A DNA stretch of 64,000 nt from positions 1 through 64,000 of IMG/VR virus record IMGVR_UViG_3300023283_000173; one strand, 5' to 3'. The notes below the pieces were generated by a model. It did no database searches. It saw only the letters and a list, made by a program, of their open reading frames with translations, and had not been told where the DNA came from. A program made the position numbers and the translations under genes. Shown here in pieces: positions 56,491-64,000 of the stretch; position 1 is the stretch's first letter; each line of letters opens with the position of its first letter. This stretch comes from a virus (lineage: Duplodnaviria; Caudoviricetes).

Positions 56491-57135
56491 CTAGACGTCG
56501 TGTACCTCGGATCCGACATCATCGTCGTCTACCCTACCGAAGATCGACCACCTCGTACCCTCGAGGTGCATCACCCGTCTCCCGCTCCCGGTATCGAACG
56601 ACGTGTAACTGCACGAATCCCCCCACTTCTTCTCCCTCGCCTCTACCCTCGTCACACCGTAGTACTCTACCAGGAAGTCTACCTGCTCCTTCGACTCAAC
56701 AGCCTTCTCACAGTAGTGCTCACGCACATACCCTATCGCGTCGATAGTACCACAGAGAGAGACCATGGCTGCCAGCACCGTACCCGTACGTCCGTGCCCC
56801 CCTATACACCCTACATGTACCTTCTTCCCGTCGAACACCTGCTCGACCAACCACTCAACCATGTCGCGGAAATCAGAGGGATTATCAGGCGCACATCTGT
56901 CACTGACGGGGAACAGGAACTCAGTACCGTTCCTCCACGGCCACGCCCGTCTACTCACCCGCATCGAGCAGTCCAGTCCAACGTAGACGTCAGCGTCAGT
57001 CACGACCGGGCTCGAGCACGAACCCCCGTAGACTACTGGTCCGTCGTCCCACAGAGCTATAGGTTGATGACCAGTGTAACACCTCTTGACCTTACCAATC
57101 ATGTCTGGTCCGTTCTTATGTCTCTTATACGACAT
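56491..57135 (-). CDS. PTP/dual-specificity-type phosphatase
   Basis: HVGCIGGHGRTG (CX5R); AVESKEQ. Confidence 0.85.
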   Translation of the reverse strand: MSYKRHKNGPDMIGKVKRCYTGHQPIALWDDGPVVYGGSCSSPVVTDADVYVGLDCSMRVSRRAWPWRNGTEFLFPVSDRCAPDNPSDFRDMVEWLVEQVFDGKKVHVGCIGGHGRTGTVLAAMVSLCGTIDAIGYVREHYCEKAVESKEQVDFLVEYYGVTRVEAREKKWGDSCSYTSFDTGSGRRVMHLEGTRWSIFGRVDDDDVGSEVHDV

Positions 57136-58075
57136 CTCGCTCGACCTTCTTCACTACCAGATCAGGCATGACCCAGAACGCGCTCTCGTCTTTGGTCGCC
57201 AACTGGTTAGCCTTATATGTGTCGTATGACATCAATGAACCAGCCTCCTCTACGAGAGACCAGTCTACGTAGTCTCCGACCAGATCTCGTACATAGTCTT
57301 TCATAAAGTATGCAAGAGTACTTGTCTCTTTAGTCAAGAAGTGTACCCAACGACCCTCTACTATACCCTCGATCACCTGACCTGACCTCTGTACATCCAG
57401 TAACTCTATCAAATAGTTCGAGTACATATCGTAATGCATACCTTTATTGAATATAGGTCCGTTGTTGTGACACAGACTCCACACCGTATCCAAGAACATC
57501 TCCGGCGTGTAGCTCCCGTCCACGTAGCGAACGACGTTCCTCGCCACCTGTGCCCACGGCTCTCCACCGAACTGCTTACCGAACATACCCTCGCGAAACG
57601 CCAGGTCCACCGCTCTGAACGCGTCACCTACGGGTACGTACGCACAGGATAGGATGCCGTCTGGAGCTCCGCCGCCGGCCATCATGAACCTGACGAAAGA
57701 CGCCGCATCCAGAGAGGTCTCGTCTACTAGACGCTTCTCCAACTCTGGATCATCCTTACTGCCACAGTGACGCATCTCTCGCGTACAGATCACGATGGAG
57801 TAGAGGAGAGCCCGTCCTACCGCCTTAGCTGTACGCCCCCTCCATGCAAGCAGGTGTCGGTACAGGTCGTCACGAACGACCTCGTGTTCGTGATGCACCC
57901 TGTGCATGAGACCCAACGCCTGAACACCCACATAGAAGTCCAGCATGTCGGTCTCAGGTCTAGTCGAGTCACATAGTGACATGGTTAATCTGTTGTATAT
58001 CTGATTTACAGACACGTGAGATACGTCTCGTGGAGAGAATAACGGAGACTTTCGTATCTCAGCTATGCAAGTCAA
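57125..58075 (-). CDS. Conserved hypothetical phage protein
   Basis: CTREMRH, FGGEPWAQVA, LCHNNGPIFNK; TTG start after the leader. Confidence 0.7.
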   Translation of the reverse strand: MTCIAEIRKSPLFSPRDVSHVSVNQIYNRLTMSLCDSTRPETDMLDFYVGVQALGLMHRVHHEHEVVRDDLYRHLLAWRGRTAKAVGRALLYSIVICTREMRHCGSKDDPELEKRLVDETSLDAASFVRFMMAGGGAPDGILSCAYVPVGDAFRAVDLAFREGMFGKQFGGEPWAQVARNVVRYVDGSYTPEMFLDTVWSLCHNNGPIFNKGMHYDMYSNYLIELLDVQRSGQVIEGIVEGRWVHFLTKETSTLAYFMKDYVRDLVGDYVDWSLVEEAGSLMSYDTYKANQLATKDESAFWVMPDLVVKKVERDVV

Positions 58076-58101
58076 GTGTACCCTCCTTGGTCTCACCTAG
58101 T

Positions 58102-58130
58102 ATACTAGTCCTATACACACTATCAGTCAA
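58102..58130 (-). promoter_or_regulatory. Sigma70-like promoter
   Basis: TTGACT-17-TAGTAT; CTAGTATACTAG palindrome over the -10. Confidence 0.7.
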
Positions 58131-58133
58131 TAT

Positions 58134-58649
58134 TTAATGCCTAGTCCACTCTCCGATAGTCATACCTACACGTCTAGCCAGTACCAACAACCACGTCGGA
58201 CACCTACGCACCAACTCCTCCTGCTCGGTCGTCTCGACGGCGCCCTCATAATACGCGGACCGAAGCACCTTTACTACGTCACCTCTAACCCCGCTCGCCT
58301 TCAGGACGAGAGCCATGATCGTACCCGTCCGCCCCTGTCCGAAGTGACAGCCAACACCCACCGTACCAGCCCTCACTCCCTCTGCGTAGACAAATACGAC
58401 CGACCTCAGTACCTGCCATAGCGTGGGTACACCGAAGTCTCGGACACCCACGTACAGGTCTCCGGACGCGACGAAGCCCTCTCGCAGGCACAGTGTGCGT
58501 ACGAGTGGGTACTGAATACATACCTTGTCGTACGCACCTCCGACCATGACGAACAGGCCGGACCTGCCGTGAGATACTAAGACACCCACCGGGTCCAGGC
58601 CCACGGTACGGTGTGTCGACGTGTCGCGTGAGAGATCAACGGCGGTCAT
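58134..58649 (-). CDS. Second PTP/dual-specificity-type phosphatase
   Basis: VGCHFGQGRTG (CX5R); AVETTEQ. Confidence 0.8.
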   Translation of the reverse strand: MTAVDLSRDTSTHRTVGLDPVGVLVSHGRSGLFVMVGGAYDKVCIQYPLVRTLCLREGFVASGDLYVGVRDFGVPTLWQVLRSVVFVYAEGVRAGTVGVGCHFGQGRTGTIMALVLKASGVRGDVVKVLRSAYYEGAVETTEQEELVRRCPTWLLVLARRVGMTIGEWTRH

Positions 58650-58871
58650 CTACGTCTCCATCTTGAACACAGACAATACCCTGCCGTCCTCGACCCACAT
58701 CAGGAAGTCCTCGAACCTACGGTTGGCGAACTCGTGTGTGACCGGTGCCGAACGTCTAGCCATACGTCTTATGCGTGCCGCCACATCACCCCCCATACCG
58801 AGGGCGCGAGCGTCCTGAACGGCCCCTCTCGTAGGCTCGTACTTACGAAAATCCTCGTGACTACTCTCCAC
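58650..58871 (-). CDS. Hypothetical protein
   Basis: 73-aa ORF in series. Confidence 0.55.
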   Translation of the reverse strand: MESSHEDFRKYEPTRGAVQDARALGMGGDVAARIRRMARRSAPVTHEFANRRFEDFLMWVEDGRVLSVFKMET

Positions 58872-59133
58872 GCGCCCTGTCTCCTCGTATGATCTCCAAC
58901 GACCGCGGCGCGTCGATGACCAGCCTCACGTAAGCCGGTGAGCTACGACTCCCCACGGACAGAAACACGTCCGGAAGGACTTCGGTAGCCAGGTCCTCGG
59001 TGATCTCGAACCTCTCGCCGTCCTCCCTAACCACGATGCACCCCGCCGGTTTACTGACTATATCGCATACTACCAACACGGCGTCGCCGACATACAGGTC
59101 TTCTCCCTCGTGCATCGTAAGGACTAGTGCCAC
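58861..59133 (-). CDS. CsrA-like protein with central insertion
   Basis: LVLT..EGE.LYVGD ... VRLVIDAPRSLEIIR. Confidence 0.6.
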   Translation of the reverse strand: MALVLTMHEGEDLYVGDAVLVVCDIVSKPAGCIVVREDGERFEITEDLATEVLPDVFLSVGSRSSPAYVRLVIDAPRSLEIIRGDRARGE

Positions 59134-61223
59134 TCCGTCTCTCCTGCCTCTAGGTACCCCAGCAGCAACTGGCCTGGGACGAACAGCTCACCGACCGGAC
59201 ACACAGACAAGGACTGCTCCTCTGCCTTACTCAGTACGACGTCCATGATCTCTCTACCCCCGAACAGTTCGTCCGCAACGTCGTCTCGTACCATGAACGG
59301 AACACCCGATAGCACCTCCCTCAGGTTCTTCGCCTCTCTCAGGTTCTTGAACCCAGCATACTGACTGGTAGTATGCGCCACCAGCCTGTGCTGATACCCG
59401 GATAAGTCGTGCTGCATCATCCGCGACAAGACGTCCTCACACCAGTCCTGAAACGACGACTCCGTATACGGCTCCACAAGGTACGTCATCTCTCCCGGCA
59501 GCACGTACCGCTCTCGAGAGCAGTCTACGACCAATACAGACGGACCGCACTCTACCATAGCACCAACTACCATCTCCACGACCTCGTCAGGTGTCGTACC
59601 GAGTCCGTACAGTAACTCCATCTTCACCCAGTAGGGACACCCCGACACCGGTTCGTCGAACCCGGCACCCACGACACGCCGTGCAGTCAACTGCAGTGCT
59701 GTGTCGAGACCCGGCGGGTCACCGTCCTCCACAGGTACGTCCTCATCAACCCACACCGAGCCGCTCTCGCCGCACACCGTCAGTATGGTGTCTGCCGTCA
59801 GCGGTACCCCATTCAGGTACACAGCTCCTGCCTCATTGAAGCTCAGGTCGTTACACCCTACCACGCAGGGGACCCCCATCGCCCGCGTCACCACGGCGGC
59901 GTGGCTCGTCGACCCTCCGTTACGAGTCACCACCGCGGCCGCCTTGCGAATTGCCTCGACGTCCTCCGGCGAGGTGTCGTGTACGACCAGCACCTTGTCC
60001 TCCGTATCCTCGTCTCGAGAGTAGGCGGCCCTTCCCGACCCCACGCCCGGTGTCACTGCGATACCCTTGCCCGTCGGCTCGACGTCGTACCCCTCGCGCA
60101 CTCTCGGTCGAGTAGCGGTCTTGTAGTGCTCCGGCCTGACCATCCTGACCAGGTCGTCGCCGCCCACCATACCCCCGTCTACCATATCGGAGAAGATGCG
60201 GAACGCCGCCTTACCGGTCCTCTTGCCGGGACGAGCCTGTAGGACGTAGAGCACGCCCTCCTCGACGGTGAACTCCACGTCCACCATGTCGCGGTACTCG
60301 TCCTCGAGGACCGCCGAGACGGTCGTCAGCTCGTCGTAGACCCTCTTCCACACAGGTCCGAAGTCACCGTTCTCCGCCAGTCTCAGGTCGTGGGGGGTCA
60401 CCCTACCGGACACGAGGTCCTCCCCCTGAGCGTCAGGCAGAAACTCTCCGTAGATCCCTCTATCGCCGGTTCGCGGGTCTCGCGTAAACAGCACACCGGT
60501 GCCGCTGTCCGGACCTCGGTTACCGAACACCATCTGTTGCACGACCACGGCCGTGTACATGTCATCAGACAAGCAGTCGGCTCTCCGGTAGGCGACGGCC
60601 CGTTCGGATGACCAGCTCCTGAACACCGCCGTGATAGCCTCGTACAGTTGTTCCTCCACCGTGTCAGGCCACTCCCTGCCCGTGTACTTCTCGAGGGTGT
60701 CCACTAACCTTTGTACACGGTCCAGGTCGTCGAGCAACTCATCGTGCAACAGCACGTCCCACATGTTCGTGAGCGTCGTCTCCGATACACCCCACGCGGA
60801 CGTCGCGAGCGACCACACCAGGTTCCGTAAACACCGAACAGCGGTAGCGTCTCCGACGTCCTCCTCGACGTCCCGGTAGGTCTCGGACGTGACGCCTACG
60901 TTCAACACCGTGTCCATCATGCCCGGCATGGAGACGGGAGCACCTGACCGTACCGACACCAGCTTCCCGTCGAAGCCGCCTGACTCGCACGGAAACATGG
61001 CGGACACTACTTCGCCCACGAGGCTCTTCACGAACTCGTGACGTCCGTCTTCGTCCTCGTAGTACCTGTGACACGCCGAGGTCGGGACGACCACCCCGGG
61101 CGGTATCCTGAGATACTCCTGCTCTATACGAGACATACGGACGAGACCTGCGCCCTTACCCCCCAGCAGCTCAGGGTCGGGCTCGACGCTCGGTACGACG
61201 TCACCAAACCTCACGATGTCCAT
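59124..61223 (-). CDS. PPDK/PEP-synthase-like phosphotransferase lacking the pyruvate-binding barrel
   Basis: GGKGAGL, LVSVRSGA..SMPGMMDTVLN, VQQMVFGN, GGSTSHAAVV. Confidence 0.85.
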   Translation of the reverse strand: MDIVRFGDVVPSVEPDPELLGGKGAGLVRMSRIEQEYLRIPPGVVVPTSACHRYYEDEDGRHEFVKSLVGEVVSAMFPCESGGFDGKLVSVRSGAPVSMPGMMDTVLNVGVTSETYRDVEEDVGDATAVRCLRNLVWSLATSAWGVSETTLTNMWDVLLHDELLDDLDRVQRLVDTLEKYTGREWPDTVEEQLYEAITAVFRSWSSERAVAYRRADCLSDDMYTAVVVQQMVFGNRGPDSGTGVLFTRDPRTGDRGIYGEFLPDAQGEDLVSGRVTPHDLRLAENGDFGPVWKRVYDELTTVSAVLEDEYRDMVDVEFTVEEGVLYVLQARPGKRTGKAAFRIFSDMVDGGMVGGDDLVRMVRPEHYKTATRPRVREGYDVEPTGKGIAVTPGVGSGRAAYSRDEDTEDKVLVVHDTSPEDVEAIRKAAAVVTRNGGSTSHAAVVTRAMGVPCVVGCNDLSFNEAGAVYLNGVPLTADTILTVCGESGSVWVDEDVPVEDGDPPGLDTALQLTARRVVGAGFDEPVSGCPYWVKMELLYGLGTTPDEVVEMVVGAMVECGPSVLVVDCSRERYVLPGEMTYLVEPYTESSFQDWCEDVLSRMMQHDLSGYQHRLVAHTTSQYAGFKNLREAKNLREVLSGVPFMVRDDVADELFGGREIMDVVLSKAEEQSLSVCPVGELFVPGQLLLGYLEAGETEWH
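59682..59695. repeat. 14-bp near-palindrome, copy 11
   Basis: Exact copy inside the PPDK-like gene. Confidence 0.9.
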
Positions 61224-61248
61224 GTAACCCTCCTTGGTCTCACCTAGT

Positions 61249-61277
61249 ATACTAGTCGTTATGTGTCGAAATTACAA
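61249..61277 (-). promoter_or_regulatory. Sigma70-like promoter
   Basis: TTGTAA-17-TAGTAT; 31 bp identical to 58080..58110. Confidence 0.7.
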
Positions 61278-61716
61278 GTATTTTTCGATACAACTCGAGA
61301 CCCTGCAGCAGCCTCACCGCCTCCCCTGATCGCGCCACCACGCGTCTACTGTCTACGTCTCCGTCCTCCCCTGCCTCGTCCCACAGGGCCAGTGACGACA
61401 AAACGGCGGTGCTGTGTACGTCATGCCACAGGCCCTCGTCTACCAGACGCAGGACCAGGTGTGCAACGGTCAGGAGTGTCTCTCGTCCCTCTCCACCCCC
61501 CACACGAGACAAGACGTACTCGACCAGTCTATACACGAGCGATACGACCCTGGCCGAGTCCTTGTGAGAGCGTACACCGCGCACGATCTCCTTCTTCAGG
61601 TTATCTACAAGGTCCTCGCGCAGCACGTAACCGTCTGTACGCGCCAAGTCCGAGGCCCTGAGCACAGCCATGGCCGGGAAGACAGCTTCCACCACGTCTC
61701 GATCAGACACTCTCAC
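61252..61716 (-). CDS. Hypothetical protein
   Basis: 154-aa ORF. Confidence 0.55.
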   Translation of the reverse strand: MRVSDRDVVEAVFPAMAVLRASDLARTDGYVLREDLVDNLKKEIVRGVRSHKDSARVVSLVYRLVEYVLSRVGGGEGRETLLTVAHLVLRLVDEGLWHDVHSTAVLSSLALWDEAGEDGDVDSRRVVARSGEAVRLLQGLELYRKILVISTHND

Positions 61717-61867
61717 CTCCCAGTGACTGAACCTCGTCCTTTACCCTGTCGTCCGTCTCGTCGACCGAAACACCCTCGTCATCGTACTCATAGTCGTAGC
61801 CGTGCCCGTCCAGCCAATCCACGAACTGCGACAACCCAACGTCGGACCCGAAGACGTACCTAGGCAA
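61703..61867 (-). CDS. Small acidic hypothetical protein
   Basis: TTG start after GGAGG, overlapping the terminase stop. Confidence 0.5.
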   Translation of the reverse strand: MPRYVFGSDVGLSQFVDWLDGHGYDYEYDDEGVSVDETDDRVKDEVQSLGGESV

Positions 61868-64000
61868 CTCGGTCCTCCCTCTGTACCTGCTCCAGTATAG
61901 ATGCAGGCATATGCTCGAGCCCGACCTCGTGCCGGAGCCACACCTCGCGCTGACGCACGAGACCGAACGCCACCCCCGCCATAGCATCGGCAACGTCCTT
62001 ACTGAAGTTAGGGGGGTGATCGATCTTGTTCCGCTTGAAGTCCCTCTCCAACGAGACGATCTCCTTCTCGGCCTTGGCGTGAGGCGGAGCCTGCACGCGC
62101 CGGTCATAAAGAGCCTGCTTCAGCACGTCATACGGCTGGGTCGTCGCGTCCACGCTCTGCACCCCCGTCGAGAACCCCTTCTGACTGAGGATCTGGAGTG
62201 AGTCCCTCGACTGCCACGAGTCGTAAGTCACCCACTTCACCGGGCACCCCAGGTCGCACAGCGCGTACAGTAGCTCCCTGATCTTCTCGAACGACACCTC
62301 TCCTCCCCGCGGCGGCCGCACTTCAAGCAACACATCGTACTCGACCACCGGCAGAGTCTCCACCTCCTGACCGCGCCGCACGTGTACGAACCCGGGTACG
62401 TGGCCCACGGCGACCCCGGCCGAGTCAGAGCTCAGGCCCAGGTCCACGTGAGCGAAGCGTGGCTCGGACAGGTGACGCATCCGCTTCGGGTATATCTGGA
62501 CCTTCGTACCTCGGAAGTCACACCACTCCCGACTCAGTATCCTAGGCGATGTCCCAAAGCACGCAGCGACTGACTCCCTGTCCTGGATGAACGGGTGCAC
62601 CGCCAGTGTAGAGACGCCCCCGATATCCCGCAGGGCCGCCATGAGGTCTTCCTCGAAGGCATGCCTGTAGTCCGTCGGTATGCGCTCGCACATGTCCCTG
62701 TCGTCTTCCGCGAGTTCCTCGTACTCGTCGTCCTCGAGTATCCGAGGTCTCCTGGACTCGTCCCCGCGGAACACCCAGAACCACCTCTCGGAGAACGTAC
62801 CCTCCGGCTTCACCTCCCAGAGCTTCTTGTCGAACACGAATATCTTATCGTTGCGCCGGGCCTCCTCGATCTTCTTGTCGGTGAACTCCCCGGGATACTT
62901 CTTCGACGACACCAGGCAGAGCATCCCCGGTACGGTACCTCTCCGCATGAAGCGAGACTCACGACGACGCGAGATCGACCTGTAGAGCGCCAGTGCCTGG
63001 TCGTAGAAGCCATTCTCATCGCCGGCCTTAGACCGCTCGACCACGGCCATGTAGTTGCAGTTGTGCACGACTACGCCGTTGGCGACGTAGGTATGCGTAC
63101 GCCGCGTCTCTATATTGTACACCTGCCTATGACCTAATTTTCTGACGAAAACAACTCGTGCTCGATCAAGACCGTGAACACCCGACTCCCCTCCTCGGCG
63201 AACCTCCTCGCAGCCTCTTAGGCCCCCGGATCTTTCGGTGCCGGCACAATGAACCTCTTGTCCTACTCGTAGGTCTCCCAGACCTACCCAACCCGTGCTC
63301 GTCAGTAACGGGTGACTGGCAGTACCTACGAGACGAGACCCGTTATCGAACTCTACCTCCAATACATCTTTGAGTCCCGTGTATCTACTCGCCTCGACAC
63401 GATCACGAACTACCTGTCCGTCCTCTACGCCGTATACAGCGTCTCCGGCGACCAAGGAATCGATCCTCACCGGTCCCGCGGGGGTGGACACGAGCGAGTC
63501 ACCCACCAGGCACTCGTCCATGACGCCCCCGAACACGTTCTTCCCTATAGCAGCACTAGGGTCGCCACTAAGAGGCTCCACTATGATTCTGCGCGGGAAC
63601 TCCATACGAGACTCTAGACTGCGGTTGTACGGAAAATCCCGGCGGAAGAACGGCGAGTTGTCGATCATCGCCCGAAAACGGTCGTAGTCGACGGACTTGG
63701 ACAGCTCCTTCTTCAGGTTCTGGAACACGAACTCGATCTCCGAGCTCGGCTGCAGGTCAAAGAACCCGTGCGGGTCGTCCATGCAGGCCAGCTCATACAG
63801 CGAGTACGCGGTGGCCAGCAGGGCCAGCGTCGTTTTTCCACTTCCGATACTGCCCGTCAGGACGGCCTCGACGTAATTGCCGAGACACAGCTCCTCCAGA
63901 CTTTCCATGACGACAGGGTAGACCTCCCCCGTCATCGCCATCAGGTCGGTCGACTCGACGAAGGTCCGAGGGTCGACCGGCAACTCCCGATACCTTATGG
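61860..64000 (-). CDS. terL: Terminase large subunit (5' end beyond window), intein-containing
   Basis: GSIGSGKT, Walker B GGVMDE, nuclease HVDLGLSSD..SKDVADA; frame open to the edge. Confidence 0.9.
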   Translation of the reverse strand, partial: IRYRELPVDPRTFVESTDLMAMTGEVYPVVMESLEELCLGNYVEAVLTGSIGSGKTTLALLATAYSLYELACMDDPHGFFDLQPSSEIEFVFQNLKKELSKSVDYDRFRAMIDNSPFFRRDFPYNRSLESRMEFPRRIIVEPLSGDPSAAIGKNVFGGVMDECLVGDSLVSTPAGPVRIDSLVAGDAVYGVEDGQVVRDRVEASRYTGLKDVLEVEFDNGSRLVGTASHPLLTSTGWVGLGDLRVGQEVHCAGTERSGGLRGCEEVRRGGESGVHGLDRARVVFVRKLGHRQVYNIETRRTHTYVANGVVVHNCNYMAVVERSKAGDENGFYDQALALYRSISRRRESRFMRRGTVPGMLCLVSSKKYPGEFTDKKIEEARRNDKIFVFDKKLWEVKPEGTFSERWFWVFRGDESRRPRILEDDEYEELAEDDRDMCERIPTDYRHAFEEDLMAALRDIGGVSTLAVHPFIQDRESVAACFGTSPRILSREWCDFRGTKVQIYPKRMRHLSEPRFAHVDLGLSSDSAGVAVGHVPGFVHVRRGQEVETLPVVEYDVLLEVRPPRGGEVSFEKIRELLYALCDLGCPVKWVTYDSWQSRDSLQILSQKGFSTGVQSVDATTQPYDVLKQALYDRRVQAPPHAKAEKEIVSLERDFKRNKIDHPPNFSKDVADAMAGVAFGLVRQREVWLRHEVGLEHMPASILEQVQREDRVA
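63060..63512 (-). mobile_element. Mini-intein (Hint domain, 151 aa, no homing endonuclease)
   Basis: CLVGDSLV...TASHPLL...VYNIET..HTYVANGVVVHN followed by Cys+1. Confidence 0.9.

Noticed and set aside
1226-59695. 14-bp palindrome as a promoter because it contains TTGACT on the coding strand
   Set aside because: In the copies checked there is no convincing -10 hexamer 16-18 nt downstream
59124-61223. Complete pyruvate phosphate dikinase (ppdK) as an auxiliary metabolic gene
   Set aside because: The C-terminal PEP/pyruvate-binding barrel is absent
1-64000. Genome-wide TAG recoding
   Set aside because: Many conserved genes end normally in TAG and long genes have no internal TAG; only one interrupted ORF was seen
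1-64000. Long plus-strand ORFs (e.g. 8575..9864, 16974..18185, 32305..34044, 46344..47867)
   Set aside because: Antisense shadows of high-GC minus-strand genes with no recognisable motifs
1-64000. tRNA genes, integrase/att site, reverse transcriptase or DGR
   Set aside because: No cloverleaf, recombinase or RT motifs recognised by eye; a tRNA/Rfam scan would be needed to exclude small RNAs

Overview
A 64-kb segment of a high-GC, long-tailed (siphovirus-like) Caudoviricetes phage genome. Essentially every credible gene is on the minus strand. In transcription order (right to left): terminase large subunit (cut by the window edge, with a mini-intein); a cassette with a truncated PPDK-like phosphotransferase, a CsrA-like protein, two CX5R phosphatases and a family A DNA polymerase; a head module (portal, MuF fused to an ADP-ribosyltransferase, prohead protease, scaffold, capsid); a lambda-like tail (tube, frameshifted chaperones, tape measure, M/L/K/I/J-like); lysis genes; a replication/recombination module (initiator with internal iterons, DnaC-like, DnaB, primase, SSB, SF2 helicase, RecA, Cas4-like nuclease, resolvases); and about 14 kb of small accessory genes. 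The stand-out feature is at 4774-5747. A nuclease-less Nop/IS110-type RNA-binding protein is followed immediately by a dual-repeat array with an exact 36-nt period and 18-nt sub-period, the architecture of a TIGR-Tas (TasA-like) RNA-guided system. A 14-bp near-palindrome (TGCAGTCAACTGCA) occurs in 11 exact copies across the window. I saw no integrase, tRNA, CRISPR array or reverse transcriptase. All family assignments come from motif recognition by eye, not database searches.
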